Shown: positions 43,757-53,844, counted from the stretch's first letter. The stretch is 64,000 nt of DNA from Bacillota bacterium (GCA_050260455.1 JBLNCF010000015.1:12269-76268); one strand, 5' to 3'. A program made the numbers and translations. The notes: generated from the sequence alone by a model not told the origin.

Positions 43757-44812
43757 ATGCCCGCAAAGAAAGCCGCTAAGAAGACCGTAAAGACCGCCGC
43801 AGAGCCAGCGGCAGAGACTTCGGGTACGGACTCAAAAGCCCGCTCCATCGAACTCGCACTCAAAGAGATTAAGACCAAGTTTGGCGACGAGGCCATCATG
43901 ACCTATGGCGCCGGAAAACCGTCCGCCATCCCTTCCATTCCGACCGGTTCCATCGGTCTCGATGCGGCGCTTGGTATTGGAGGCCTTCCCCGCGGTCGCA
44001 TCATTGAGATATTCGGCCCAGAATCTTCCGGTAAGACGACACTCGCTCTCCATGTCATCGCCGAGGCACAGAAGAAAGGAGGCGTCTGCGCATTCGTAGA
44101 TGCTGAACATGCGCTCGATCCCAACTACGCCAAGAATATTGGTGTGAAACTTTCTGAACTTCTCATCTCTCAACCGGACACCGGCGAGCAAGCACTCGAA
44201 ATCGTGGAGTCCCTTGTGCGCGCTAATTCCATCGATGTGATCGTTGTGGACTCGGTTGCTGCGCTGACTCCTAAGGATGAAATCGAAGGTGACATGGGTC
44301 AGGCTCAGATGGGTAAGCAGGCACGTCTCATGAGTCAGGCGCTCCGCAAACTCACTGCCATCACGGCCAAATCAAACACCATCATCATCTTTATTAATCA
44401 GATCCGCATGCAGCTGGGTGTCATGTTCGGCAACCCAGAGACCACGCCAGGAGGTAAGGCACTTAAATTCTATACTTCGGTGCGTCTCGACATTCGCCGC
44501 ATTGCACAGATAAAGAAGGGCGAAGAGATTGTGGGAGGCCGTGTCCGAGTGAAAGTGGTGAAGAACAAGGTGGCCGCACCTTTCAAGACTACAGAATTCG
44601 ATCTTCTGTATAACGAGGGCATAAGCCGTGAAGGTGAAATTATCGCGCTTGGAGAGAAGTACGACATTCTTGAGAAGTCTGGCTCTTCATACAAGTATGG
44701 CGACACGAGCCTGGGCCGCGGATACGACGCCACCCGCACCTTCCTTCGCGAGAATAAGCCCATCGCCAACGAGATTCTGAAGAAGATCCGCGAAAAGCTT
44801 TCAGAGGAATAA
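43757..44812 (+). CDS. recA: Recombinase RecA.
   Basis: 351 aa. [20 protein letters not shown] Walker A, the [32 protein letters not shown]2 region, and the full RecA core. Confidence 0.95.
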   Translation: MPAKKAAKKTVKTAAEPAAETSGTDSKARSIELALKEIKTKFGDEAIMTYGAGKPSAIPSIPTGSIGLDAALGIGGLPRGRIIEIFGPESSGKTTLALHVIAEAQKKGGVCAFVDAEHALDPNYAKNIGVKLSELLISQPDTGEQALEIVESLVRANSIDVIVVDSVAALTPKDEIEGDMGQAQMGKQARLMSQALRKLTAITAKSNTIIIFINQIRMQLGVMFGNPETTPGGKALKFYTSVRLDIRRIAQIKKGEEIVGGRVRVKVVKNKVAAPFKTTEFDLLYNEGISREGEIIALGEKYDILEKSGSSYKYGDTSLGRGYDATRTFLRENKPIANEILKKIREKLSEE

Positions 44813-44820
44813 AGTAAACA

Positions 44821-44858
44821 GAAAACCGCGGTGGATAGCCACCGCGGTTTTTCTTTTG
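44821..44858 (+). terminator. Intrinsic terminator after recA.
   Basis: AAACCGCGGTGG ATAG CCACCGCGGTTT followed by TTCTTTTG. Confidence 0.6.
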
Positions 44859-44864
44859 TTGGCG

Positions 44865-45200
44865 TTACGCGTACTTCTGTCCGACAAAAACAGTCGAAAG
44901 GTTGCGGAAAAAATCTCGGACAACCAACACCGAGGCGAACGCGGCAAGTACGAGTAGCACCTGCACCGCTACGCGTGTGTTGAGGAATGCTGCAGCAAAG
45001 AAACGTGTCACGGCGGCGAGATCAGCTACGCTTGGCATGTTCTCGAAGACACGCGCAACCCACACTTCCCTGCCAATGCCCCAGAGTGCGAGCACGAGCA
45101 CAATGACTCCCAACGCAGTCGTGGACAGGAGCGGTCGGACCGCATGGATGACACGGACACGACGCATTACGTTCTTTGAGATGGATGCGGAATTCTGCAT
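44865..45200 (-). CDS. Putative anti-sigma factor (small membrane protein immediately downstream of the ECF sigma factor).
   Basis: 111 aa with two transmembrane segments, translationally coupled to the ECF sigma gene across a 3-nt gap. The call rests on gene context only. Confidence 0.35.
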   Translation of the reverse strand: MQNSASISKNVMRRVRVIHAVRPLLSTTALGVIVLVLALWGIGREVWVARVFENMPSVADLAAVTRFFAAAFLNTRVAVQVLLVLAAFASVLVVRDFFRNLSTVFVGQKYA

Positions 45201-45203
45201 AGG

Positions 45204-45791
45204 CTACGTGGAGGTTTCGTCGAGGGCTTGCTTGAATAATTTCTTGGCGCGATGCACGCGAGTCTTTACGGCTGGTATGGTAGATCCTTCTGCGGCCGCA
45301 ATCTCCTCTTGGGTTTTCCCCTCGAGAAACTGCAGCGTAAGCACGCGGGCAGCCGATTCAGGAATCTTCGAGAGCGCTACCAGCACTTCATCTTTAACCG
45401 TCAATTCGTCACGAAAGTCACTCGTATCGGGCAACCGCTCGAGCGTCTCCATTTCCAAGGGCGCGGTGGTACGGCGTTCCTTGGAGAGTTTGTTGTAGCG
45501 GGTGTACGCAAGACGCACGAGAATAGCGTATGCCCAGGATGAGAAGCTCGCTCCCTCTTGGGGGCGGTACCGGTCGGCATACAGATAGATACGCGTAAAC
45601 GCGTCCTGCACGACCTCTTCTGCATCTTCCTTAGAGAAGATGATGGAACGGACCTTCCGGAGGAAGGCGTCCTCGTACCGGGCGACCAGTTCTGCAAATG
45701 CAGCAGGGTCCTTCTGGGATGCACGAAGCACCTCCTCGTCGGAATAGGCGGCGAGCGTTTCGCTTGAAAACCGCATGATGTCTTGTATCAT
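45204..45791 (-). CDS. RNA polymerase sigma factor, ECF (sigma-70 regions 2 and 4).
   Basis: 195 aa. Region 2 EEVVQDAFTRIYLYADRY. Region 4 AARVLTLQFLEGKTQEEIAAAEGSTIPAVKTRVHRAKKLF. Confidence 0.8.
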   Translation of the reverse strand: MIQDIMRFSSETLAAYSDEEVLRASQKDPAAFAELVARYEDAFLRKVRSIIFSKEDAEEVVQDAFTRIYLYADRYRPQEGASFSSWAYAILVRLAYTRYNKLSKERRTTAPLEMETLERLPDTSDFRDELTVKDEVLVALSKIPESAARVLTLQFLEGKTQEEIAAAEGSTIPAVKTRVHRAKKLFKQALDETST

Positions 45792-45873
45792 ACCGATACC
45801 CAGCCCCTTTGTCGTGCTCGGGCTTTTTTATAACTATTCTGGCGGCCCTAGGGTCGCCAGCATCAAGCAGCGT

Positions 45874-46449
45874 ATGGCCATCCTGTCCTACAACGAGATC
45901 ACCCAGAAGAAAGTCATTGTCTACAACGGCGAGCCGTACGAAGTGCTCTCGTCCCACGTCTTCCGCATGCAGCAGCGTAAGCCGGTGAACCAGACCAAAC
46001 TCCGCCACCTCGTCTCCGGAAAGGTGCTCGAGATTTCCTTCCACCAGAGCGAGAACGCTGAAGAGGCTGACATCTCGCGCATGCAGGGTACCTACCTCTA
46101 CACCAACCGTGGCGAGAGCTGGTTCTGTGAGGCTGCCAATCCGAAGAATCGCTTCTCCTTTCCTGAAGAGGCGGTGCACGACAAGATCCAGTGGCTCACT
46201 GGAAACGCTCCAGTCGAAGTGATGCTCTACAACGATAATCCGATGACTATTCAGATTCCCATCAAGGTGGAACTCAAGGTCACCGAAGCACCGCCTGCAG
46301 TGAAAGGTGACACAGCGACCGGCGGCAACAAGCAGGTCGTCCTTGAGAGTGGTGCGACCGTTCTCACTCCCCTCTTCATCAATCCGGGTGACATCCTCCG
46401 CATCAACACGGAGACTGGTGAATACGTTGAGCGCGTCGAAAAGGCGTAA
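45874..46449 (+). CDS. efp: Elongation factor P.
   Basis: Start taken at Met34 of the ORF (MAILSYNEITQKKVIVYNGEPYEV...). Three OB/KOW-like domains. GGNKQVVLESGATVLTPLFINPGDILRINTETGEYVERV is a C-terminal EF-P signature. Confidence 0.85.
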   Translation: MAILSYNEITQKKVIVYNGEPYEVLSSHVFRMQQRKPVNQTKLRHLVSGKVLEISFHQSENAEEADISRMQGTYLYTNRGESWFCEAANPKNRFSFPEEAVHDKIQWLTGNAPVEVMLYNDNPMTIQIPIKVELKVTEAPPAVKGDTATGGNKQVVLESGATVLTPLFINPGDILRINTETGEYVERVEKA

Positions 46450-46519
46450 GGAAGTAGGATCAGGAAGGGCCGCTCCGATAGGAAGCGGCCCTTGTTCGTG
46501 CCCGGCTCTGCCGAAACGG

Positions 46520-46795
46520 TCAGCGGGTCACCGCCGACGAATGCGCGAACGCAGGCGACAGCTCGGGTCTGAAGTCGTCCGGCACCGCAGCAGCATCGGG
46601 CGGCAGGCAGCAGGCAGGAAGTGTGGCCGTGGCGCTCGTCCGGGTCGGCATGGCGGGCGTCGCAACGGCTGGATTGGCGGCCGGAAAATGCCCGCTCTTG
46701 CTGTAACGAGCGACTAAGGCGGTGGCGACCACCGCCGCGATAGCGCCGATCAACAAGAGGCACATCGAGCCTTCCGAACGTTCTTTCTGAGCCAT
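46520..46795 (-). CDS. Small hypothetical membrane-anchored protein, 91 aa, in an anomalously GC-rich (about 68%) 300-bp patch.
   Basis: A GGGGGAG Shine-Dalgarno-like motif lies upstream of the ATG. MCLLLIGAIAAVVATALVA is a transmembrane segment, followed by an Ala/Pro/Thr-rich tail. Confidence 0.3.
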   Translation of the reverse strand: MAQKERSEGSMCLLLIGAIAAVVATALVARYSKSGHFPAANPAVATPAMPTRTSATATLPACCLPPDAAAVPDDFRPELSPAFAHSSAVTR

Positions 46796-46918
46796 TTCTG
46801 GACTCCCCCTTTTGTACAGGAAACGGACACTGTGTCCGCTTCTACGGAAGCACTAAACCACGCGTATACGACAAAGACAAGACCCCGCCGGTGGCGGGGT
46901 CTTGTCTTTGTGCGGGAT

Positions 46919-47125
46919 TTACGCCGAGAGGTACGGCATGAGCGCCATGTAGCGAGCGCGCTTGATAGCAAGTGCGATCTCGCGCTGCTTGTCTGCACTC
47001 ATACCGGTACGCTTCTTGCCGAGAATCTTCGCATGAGGATTCGTGAACTGGCGGAGGTATGCAACATCCTTGTAGTCCACAAACTTCTTGTGCTCGATCT
47101 CCTGGCGTTCTGATTGATAGGCCAT
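46919..47125 (-). CDS. rpsR: 30S ribosomal protein S18.
   Basis: 68 aa. FVDYKDVAYLRQFTNPHAKILGKKRTGMSADKQREIALAIKRARYMALMPY. Confidence 0.9.
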   Translation of the reverse strand: MAYQSERQEIEHKKFVDYKDVAYLRQFTNPHAKILGKKRTGMSADKQREIALAIKRARYMALMPYLSA

Positions 47126-47138
47126 GGTAATTCTTGGG

Positions 47139-47591
47139 TTAGAACGGAATATCTTCCGGGTTTATCTCTTCATCGGGGTACTGGATCTCATCGCCTCCAC
47201 CCATACCAGCATCCATTCCTTCGGATGCTGCCGGTGCGCGACCTGCTCCTTCGCCTGCTCCGCGTCCTTCGGCGCCGAACTGGAAGTTCTCAACGATGAT
47301 CTCCGTGCGGTACTGCTTCTTGCCTTCCTTGTCGTCCCAGGTACGAGTCTGGAGCCTACCTTCCACATAGATCGGGCGTCCTTTCTTCAGGTACTGGCCG
47401 ATTACTTCGGCCGTACGTCCAAAGGCGACAACGTTATGGAACTCGGTCTGCTCCTGGCGCACGCCGTTCTTGTCTTTATAGGAACGGTTAGTTGCAACAC
47501 CAAAATTAGCTACCTGCTGACCCGAAGGAAGCGCCTTCACTTCAGGATCGCGGGTAAGATTCCCGTACAACTGGACTTTATTGAGGTACAT
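47139..47591 (-). CDS. ssb: Single-stranded DNA-binding protein.
   Basis: 150 aa. OB fold MYLNKVQLYGNLTRDPEVKALPSGQQVANFGVATNRSYKDKNG...TEFHNVVAFGRTAEV. A Gly-rich linker and the acidic tail DIPF at the C-terminus. Confidence 0.9.
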   Translation of the reverse strand: MYLNKVQLYGNLTRDPEVKALPSGQQVANFGVATNRSYKDKNGVRQEQTEFHNVVAFGRTAEVIGQYLKKGRPIYVEGRLQTRTWDDKEGKKQYRTEIIVENFQFGAEGRGAGEGAGRAPAASEGMDAGMGGGDEIQYPDEEINPEDIPF

Positions 47592-47611
47592 GAGAGCAGT
47601 ATAGCAGGCGC

Positions 47612-48139
47612 TTATGCTGCGCCAGCCTCCTTAAGGGCGGCGTCGAGCTCGACGTCCGACACCTCTTCTTCCTGGATCATCGCGTCATTAGGCTCTGCTG
47701 CTGCCTTGGCATAGACCTCTGCGAGCTCTGCCGAGTGCTTAGCAGCCTCAACCGTGGTGCGAATGTCGAGGAAACGAATAACACGCTTCTCGGCCTTCAC
47801 GGCCTCAAGGATAGCCTGGTGGCCCTCCCCTGCGGTCTCGTATGCGATCCAGCAGAAAAACGCGGTGTTGAAATCGCGACGGCCGGTCTGTTCACTGCGC
47901 GAGATGGTGTAGGCAAGCTGCACCTTGGTCGGCTCGCCTTCGGCAATAACCGTACCCGCCTTGGCGACGACATCGCGGAGCGACTGGTAAGTTTTCTTCA
48001 CTTCTTCGCTCGGAAGCTCAGAATCGAGGTGGAAGCCCAGCTCGTACACACGGGACTCGTTATATCCCTGTTCGAGCTCGAGCTCGGTGCCCTCTGCACC
48101 GTTGTCGAATTCTTTATTCATACGGGCGCACTGTACCAC
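47612..48139 (-). CDS. rpsF: 30S ribosomal protein S6, with N- and C-terminal extensions.
   Basis: Core RVYELGFHLDSELPSEEVKKTYQSLRDVVAKAGTVIAEGEPTKVQLAYTISR...AFFCWIAYETAGEGHQAILEAVKAEKRVIRFLDIRTT fits the S6 fold. The rpsF-ssb-rpsR order is conserved. Confidence 0.7.
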   Translation of the reverse strand: MVQCARMNKEFDNGAEGTELELEQGYNESRVYELGFHLDSELPSEEVKKTYQSLRDVVAKAGTVIAEGEPTKVQLAYTISRSEQTGRRDFNTAFFCWIAYETAGEGHQAILEAVKAEKRVIRFLDIRTTVEAAKHSAELAEVYAKAAAEPNDAMIQEEEVSDVELDAALKEAGAA

Positions 48140-48159
48140 GCAGCCCTACCTTGGGCAAT

Positions 48160-48960
48160 TTAGCCCTGATCCGCTACCTGAAAGAGGGTCCGAGCGTTCT
48201 CAAGAATTGCCTGACGGACCGCTTCCTCGTCTTCTTCCCGTATCTGGGCGATGGCCCGGACCACATCCCGCACCGCAAACGGGTCGTTACGCTCCCCTCT
48301 TCGAGAGGCCGGAGCCACGAATGGCGCATCTGTTTCCGAAAGCAGGTGTGTGAGCGGGACGTATCGAACGACATCATCGTAATCATGCGTAAAGGTGAGG
48401 ACCGCCGTAAAGGACATGGTGAAATCAAGTTCAAGAATACGTTTGGCGATAGTGGTATCTCCTACGAAAAAATGAAAATCACCTCGAAGGCCCGGGTGCT
48501 CACGCTTGGCTTCTTCAAGCATACCTAGCGCATCCTCGTACGCATCCATCGTTCCCTTGGATGGACGCGCATGTATCATGAGCGGCTTGTTCATCTGAAC
48601 CGCGAGCTCAATATGCTGCCAAAAGACTTCTTGCTGTTTTTGCTTTGCCTGCTCGAGATTCTCTGGACGGAAGTAATCGAGTCCACACTCCCCTATCGCC
48701 ACTACGCGCGGATGTGCTGCACAGACGCGCATGAATGCCTCATCAAAAACCTCGTGCAAAGTATCGTTCGGATGGAGACCCACACTTGCATATATATGTT
48801 CGTGAGCCTCTGCAATCGAGAGTGCTCCATCTATTGAAGCGCGATCAACACCCACGACTATGCCACCCACCCCTTCATCGCGCATACGAGCGATGAGCGA
48901 GTCCCGATCAGCGTCATATCCCTCAAACTGGAGATGACAGTGTGCGTCGAAATACTTCAT
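48160..48960 (-). CDS. tatD: TatD-family metal-dependent hydrolase (DNase).
   Basis: Start taken at Met14 (MKYFDAHCHLQFEGYDAD...). HxH metal site, internal GLHPND and the C-terminal region. Confidence 0.8.
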   Translation of the reverse strand: MKYFDAHCHLQFEGYDADRDSLIARMRDEGVGGIVVGVDRASIDGALSIAEAHEHIYASVGLHPNDTLHEVFDEAFMRVCAAHPRVVAIGECGLDYFRPENLEQAKQKQQEVFWQHIELAVQMNKPLMIHARPSKGTMDAYEDALGMLEEAKREHPGLRGDFHFFVGDTTIAKRILELDFTMSFTAVLTFTHDYDDVVRYVPLTHLLSETDAPFVAPASRRGERNDPFAVRDVVRAIAQIREEDEEAVRQAILENARTLFQVADQG

Positions 48961-49020
48961 TCCGTGCACAGTACCATATATAGCGACAGGGGCCCGCACG
49001 CGGCGGACCCCCTTCGGAAG

Positions 49021-49497
49021 TTATTCGTCTTCCTCCTCGGACACATACCCCTGACGGATGCTCCTGGCTTCGCGCATCACCTCCCGATGCGTCCGACCGG
49101 CAGTATGCACCGTGCATATGCTGCCACTCGGATGCCGCACGCCAATGGGGGCGGAGTTGGGCGGATTCTGCACACCAGCAGCGACCCAGTACTCGAGCGC
49201 AAAGAACGCAATGGTGTAGACCAAGGCCCCCACCATCCCCAGCACCGGGTGCTCCACCGCAGCGAGTCCCCCCAAAAAGGGGACGCACGCAAACAGAAGA
49301 CACACCAGTCCGTCGATGAGTTTCCCTGCCCCCATCCAGCCGAGCAGGGTCACCCCCGCGCTAAGCATCAAAAGGTTCAGGGTCCAGGTATGGATCTGTA
49401 CGTCGGGCCACCCGTTTGCACGCGCAGCGATGTGAAGGATGAGCACCATGAACATGGCGCCGGTTACGAAATAGCTAATGACGATCTTCACGTCCAA
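49021..49497 (-). CDS. Hypothetical integral membrane protein, 158 aa, about four transmembrane helices.
   Basis: Hydrophobic helices throughout and a C-terminal acidic tail EEEDE. No family assignment. Confidence 0.4.
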   Translation of the reverse strand: MDVKIVISYFVTGAMFMVLILHIAARANGWPDVQIHTWTLNLLMLSAGVTLLGWMGAGKLIDGLVCLLFACVPFLGGLAAVEHPVLGMVGALVYTIAFFALEYWVAAGVQNPPNSAPIGVRHPSGSICTVHTAGRTHREVMREARSIRQGYVSEEEDE

Positions 49498-49544
49498 CCC
49501 CCTGTGGTTACATTTCCTGCGCGCAGGATGTACCGAGACTGGCG

Positions 49545-50975
49545 CTATGTCAAACGTGGGAAAAGATTCTCGGGCTTCTTGTTCTGCTTTACTGCTTCAA
49601 GAATTGCTTCGCTTGTTGCAGGCATGACGGGGGCGAGGTGCCCAGCAACCTTAGCCAGGTGCCGGACTAACTTCTCTATATCTGCACGAGCTTCATCTTT
49701 CGTTGCTTCATTCTTAATCTTCTTATACGGCTCCCGAGACGTCATAAATTCGTCGCCCTTACCGATATGTTCCCAGATGATATCCATGGCCTCATTAAAA
49801 CGGAATCCGTCCAATGTTTCTGCGAATGACCGTTCAATCGTAGCGTCGACACCATCGATAGGACCCGGCAAATGCTCTTCCGCGAGCTTCATCACACGAG
49901 CCACTAGGTTACCAAGACCATTTACGAGATTTGCGGTGTACCACTCATCAAGTCGCTCCCAGGTCATGTCGGAGTCCTCGGTCGGGTGCACATGACGGAG
50001 CAAGATATAGCGAGTCGCGTCCGTACCGTACTTCTTTACGAGATCATAGGGACTGATGACATTGCCAAGTGACTTACTCATCTTTTGTCCCCCTGACGTA
50101 ATGAAGCCGTGGATAAAGATGCGGTCGGAATTCTTAATACCGGACGACAGGAGCATGGCCTGCCACATCAGCGCCTGGAACCGCACCTGGTCCTTCCCTG
50201 CCATCTGGAGAGTGGCACCGTGCTCCCAGAACTTTTCGAACTTTCCGGTGGCATCCTCGGGCCAACCGAGAGTAGAAATATAATCAGTGAGTGCATCGAA
50301 CCACACATACATCACCTGGGATTCGTCATCGGGAACCGGCACACCCCACGATAGACGGCTCGCTTCGCGCGAGATACTGAAATCCTCGACGCCCTGCTTC
50401 GCAAACTCAAGTGCTTCCTCACGACGCGATTCGGGGAATACGACACCCGGACGATTCAGATATTCGATGAGAGCGTCCTGGTATTTACTGAATCGGAAGA
50501 AATAATTCTCTTCTTCCACAGTCTGGAGTGGGAGGTACGGGTGGACGATGCAGTGGTTACCCTCAAGCTCGCGCTCTGTCTTGAAGGCTTCACAGCCCAC
50601 GCAATAAAGGCCCGTGTACTTCTTCTTATAGATATCGCCTGCAGCGGCACAGCGGCGCCACATCTCCTGGGCCGCTCGTTTATGACTCTCATCCGTCGTA
50701 CGAATGAACGCATCATTACTCAACGCGAGCGCTCCGTGCAGTTTCTTGAACTCTTCGGCGTAATGATCCACATACTCCTTTACGTCCTGTCCTTTCTTGA
50801 GCGCTGCCTCCCAAATCTTCTGGCCATGTTCATCGGTACCGGTATTGAAAAAAACCTCTTCCCCAGCAAGACGCCAGAGACGTGCGAGCGCATCCGATTG
50901 CACGAACTCGAGCGCATGTCCCACATGCGGATCGGAGTTTACATACGGGAGCGTGGTGGTGATGTACCGAGACAT
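49545..50975 (-). CDS. metG: Methionyl-tRNA synthetase (short form, no C-terminal dimerisation/tRNA-binding appendix).
   Basis: 476 aa. YITTTLPYVNSDPHVGHALE (HIGH-class motif) and KMSKSLGNVISP (KMSKS). Confidence 0.9.
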   Translation of the reverse strand: MSRYITTTLPYVNSDPHVGHALEFVQSDALARLWRLAGEEVFFNTGTDEHGQKIWEAALKKGQDVKEYVDHYAEEFKKLHGALALSNDAFIRTTDESHKRAAQEMWRRCAAAGDIYKKKYTGLYCVGCEAFKTERELEGNHCIVHPYLPLQTVEEENYFFRFSKYQDALIEYLNRPGVVFPESRREEALEFAKQGVEDFSISREASRLSWGVPVPDDESQVMYVWFDALTDYISTLGWPEDATGKFEKFWEHGATLQMAGKDQVRFQALMWQAMLLSSGIKNSDRIFIHGFITSGGQKMSKSLGNVISPYDLVKKYGTDATRYILLRHVHPTEDSDMTWERLDEWYTANLVNGLGNLVARVMKLAEEHLPGPIDGVDATIERSFAETLDGFRFNEAMDIIWEHIGKGDEFMTSREPYKKIKNEATKDEARADIEKLVRHLAKVAGHLAPVMPATSEAILEAVKQNKKPENLFPRLT

Positions 50976-52018
50976 TACGCTGACTGTGCCTTGGCACGTT
51001 TGTCACGCGCCAGGTCGGAGAGGAGCTCGCGGAGTGCGGCAGCAACCGGGATGGCGAGCACGACACCCAGGAATCCTGCGAGATCGCCGCCCACAATGAG
51101 GGCGAGAATAACCAGGAGCGGCGGGATACCCACCACCTTATTCACGACGAGGGGATGGATGAGGTGCGCCTCAAACTGGTTAATGATGAGGTACAGGCCC
51201 GCCACGATAAGGGCGAGCGTAATATTCCCGGTCGTGAATGCGACCGCCACCGCAGGAGCAGCAGAGATAAACGAACCGAAAATAGGTACGAGCATCGCGA
51301 GTGCCGTGAAGGCAGCTAGAAGAAGTGCGTACGGAATGCCTAAAATGAGAAGTCCGAGGTAGGCAATGATGCCGCCGATGAGTGATGACAGAAGCTGACC
51401 CTGCATCCAGAGACCTATCTTGCGCTGTGCGCGATGCCAGAGGCCAACCACATACTTCTCTTGCTTGGCAGGGGTAACGAGCTTCAAGAATTCCTCTACA
51501 CCCGTGTCCTGCACAGCGAAATAGAACGAGAGCACGACCACGAGAATAAAAGAGAAAATGCCGCCGAAGAATGTGGACACGAGTTTAATGGCACCAGCGG
51601 ATGGATCGACGAATGCGGTACGCACGGTGAGAAGACCATCTACAATCGAATTAATCTGTGAGGAGTTTGCTGCGAGGTGCGGCACTCCGGCGCCTGGGAT
51701 GCTGAAGTCACCTAGATACTGGGAAACGACCGTAATGAAATTCCCGGCGTCATCGAGGATGGGCGGAAAGAAGAAATAGATGACAGAGAAGAGCGTCCCG
51801 AACACGAGGAAATACATGAGGAGGACGGCTGCCACCCGATGAAATTTACGACGAGTGAAGAAGGTCACGCCCGGCTCAATAGCCGATGCAATGACAATGG
51901 CCGTCAGTACGAGGAGTGCCAGGTCGCGCAACGTCCAGAGCGCAAAAGCCACTGCCCCGATAACGAGTGTCATGAGGACGGTTCCAGACGAAATGGAGAC
52001 CTGGATGTTCTTATCCAT
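50975..52018 (-). CDS. AI-2E family transporter (PerM/YhhT, UPF0118).
   Basis: 347 aa, about eight transmembrane helices, typical AI-2E topology and length. Confidence 0.7.
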   Translation of the reverse strand: MDKNIQVSISSGTVLMTLVIGAVAFALWTLRDLALLVLTAIVIASAIEPGVTFFTRRKFHRVAAVLLMYFLVFGTLFSVIYFFFPPILDDAGNFITVVSQYLGDFSIPGAGVPHLAANSSQINSIVDGLLTVRTAFVDPSAGAIKLVSTFFGGIFSFILVVVLSFYFAVQDTGVEEFLKLVTPAKQEKYVVGLWHRAQRKIGLWMQGQLLSSLIGGIIAYLGLLILGIPYALLLAAFTALAMLVPIFGSFISAAPAVAVAFTTGNITLALIVAGLYLIINQFEAHLIHPLVVNKVVGIPPLLVILALIVGGDLAGFLGVVLAIPVAAALRELLSDLARDKRAKAQSA

Positions 52019-52077
52019 ACGCGCATACTAGCATGAAACGCGTCAGGGGCAGTCGCACACGCGACTGCCCCAATGAG

Positions 52078-52440
52078 CTACTTAGTTCTTCCTGGTGGAT
52101 GGCACACCCGTTCCCGCTCTTTCAGGATCGGGGGCGGTGGGCCATACCTTCCGTCTGCCTTCTCTACCAGACTGCAGACCTCGACAATGACGTCTGACGC
52201 CGAAAGTTCGCGAACCCGTTCGTCCACCTGATCCTCTTCAACGATAAACGGGTCGACAATCCTGAACGGCTGGTCGGCACCCGCATACAGCGTCGCGTAG
52301 TAGACCGCGATACTCCGCTTCGTTTCCGGATGGTCACTTGCGGCAACCTCGGTAACGGGCGGAGTCGTTTGTCCTTCCGCTTCTGTATGGAATGCATAGA
52401 TGACCGCACAGGTGGCCATCACGACTCGTACGATGCGCAT
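52078..52440 (-). CDS. Hypothetical secreted protein, 120 aa.
   Basis: N-terminal signal-like MRIVRVVMATCAVIYAFHTEAEG. No domain match. Confidence 0.35.
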   Translation of the reverse strand: MRIVRVVMATCAVIYAFHTEAEGQTTPPVTEVAASDHPETKRSIAVYYATLYAGADQPFRIVDPFIVEEDQVDERVRELSASDVIVEVCSLVEKADGRYGPPPPILKERERVCHPPGRTK

Positions 52441-52508
52441 GGGCCACCTCCTCCCTATTTCTCGGCACCACGCCGAGCTGTAGGTAGAAATAGCACGTGG
52501 ACCAGGTT

Positions 52509-53837
52509 TTAGGAAATCGCAGCGCGAATGCGTGCTCCCGCTTCCACGACAGAAAGTCGTTCCTGCTCGCCCGTATCGCGATGGCGGAGCGTGACCGTAT
52601 CTTTCAATTCCGGGGTCTCCCCCAACGTATCGAAGTCGATGGTGATGCAGAACGGTGTACCGATCTCATCCTGGCGACGGTATCGCTTTCCGATGTTACC
52701 GTTGTCATCCCATGCAATGGCAGGATGGATTTTGCGGAGTTCTTCACGCACCTGTTTAGCCTTCTCGACGAGTTCCGGCTTATTCTTCAGCAGCGGAGAT
52801 ACCATCGCCTTTACCGGTGCAACCTTCGGGGAAAGGGCAAGGTATACCCGCGACTCTCCACCGAGCTCATCCTCTCGGTACGCGGACGCAAGTACTGCGA
52901 GCAGGGTACGTCCCACACCAAACGAAGGCTCAATGACGTGCGGTACGAGTTTTTCCTTGCTTTCCTCATCCAGGTATGCGAGCGACTGACCCGACGCTCC
53001 CTGGTGCGCGGAAAGATCAAAATCGGTGCGGTATGCGAGACCCCACAATTCCTTGCGACCGAACGGGAAATCAAATTCAAAATCTATGGTGCGCTTGGAG
53101 TAGTGCGCTCGGTCTTCAGGGGCCACCTCAAGTTCGTGGACGGCCTCACCAGGAAGACCTATAGCCTGTCCGAAGGCGTGCATGCCTTCACGCCACTCCT
53201 CAAATGCACGTTCCCAGTCCGAAGGACGAACGAAATATTCGATCTCCATTTGCTCAAGTTCGCGTACGCGGAAGATGAAATCGCGTGGCGCTATCTCGTT
53301 ACGAAACGCCTTGCCGATCTGGGCGAGACCAAACGGCAACTTAGGGTGAAACGAATCGACAACGTTCTTGAAGTTCACAAACATGCCGCCGGCTGTTTCG
53401 GGCCGGAGGTAGACCGTGGAAGATTCATCTTCGGCAGCTCCTGCCTGTGTCTTGAACATCATATTGAACTGTCGTGCTTCTCCGAGCGTTCCCCGCTTAT
53501 CGCAGGCAGGACACACCTTCGGGTCCTCAAGGTGGTCGGCACGGAAACGCTTCTTACAGTTGGCGCATTCAACGAGCGGATCAGAGAAACCGGATACATG
53601 TCCGGACGCTTCCCAGGCCTTGGGATTCATGAGGATGGCCGCATCGATGCCGTACATATCGTCCCGACTCTCCACAAACATGCGCCACCACAGGTCTTCG
53701 ATGTTCTTCTTGAGGCGCACGCCAAGTGGACCGTAATCGAAGGTGCCGGCCAGGCCGCCATAGATCTCGGAACCCGGATAAATAAAACCGCGGCGCTTGG
53801 CGAGCGAAACAATGGTGTCGAGACTGGGCTTATCCAT
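52509..53837 (-). CDS. glyQS: Glycyl-tRNA synthetase, class II alpha2 type.
   Basis: 442 aa. RRGFIYPGSEIYGGLAGTFDYGPLGVRLKKNIEDLWW, a Zn-ribbon-like CANCKKRFRADHLEDPKVCPACD, and a C-terminal anticodon-binding domain. Confidence 0.9.
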   Translation of the reverse strand: MDKPSLDTIVSLAKRRGFIYPGSEIYGGLAGTFDYGPLGVRLKKNIEDLWWRMFVESRDDMYGIDAAILMNPKAWEASGHVSGFSDPLVECANCKKRFRADHLEDPKVCPACDKRGTLGEARQFNMMFKTQAGAAEDESSTVYLRPETAGGMFVNFKNVVDSFHPKLPFGLAQIGKAFRNEIAPRDFIFRVRELEQMEIEYFVRPSDWERAFEEWREGMHAFGQAIGLPGEAVHELEVAPEDRAHYSKRTIDFEFDFPFGRKELWGLAYRTDFDLSAHQGASGQSLAYLDEESKEKLVPHVIEPSFGVGRTLLAVLASAYREDELGGESRVYLALSPKVAPVKAMVSPLLKNKPELVEKAKQVREELRKIHPAIAWDDNGNIGKRYRRQDEIGTPFCITIDFDTLGETPELKDTVTLRHRDTGEQERLSVVEAGARIRAAIS

Positions 53838-53844
53838 AGCCTCT

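Noticed and set aside
45631-46179. 182-aa minus-strand ORF.
   Set aside because: Antisense to efp and overlapping the ECF sigma factor gene. No support.
46251-46763. 170-aa minus-strand ORF and 136-aa plus-strand ORF (46307..46717) in the GC-rich patch.
   Set aside because: The 170-aa ORF overlaps the 3' end of efp and both are Arg/Gly/Cys/Ser-rich GC artefacts. Only the 91-aa ORF 46520..46795 has a Shine-Dalgarno motif and a transmembrane segment.
48934-49995. 353-aa plus-strand ORF.
   Set aside because: Spans the antisense of the membrane protein 49021..49497 and of metG. Composition is biased and it has no motifs.
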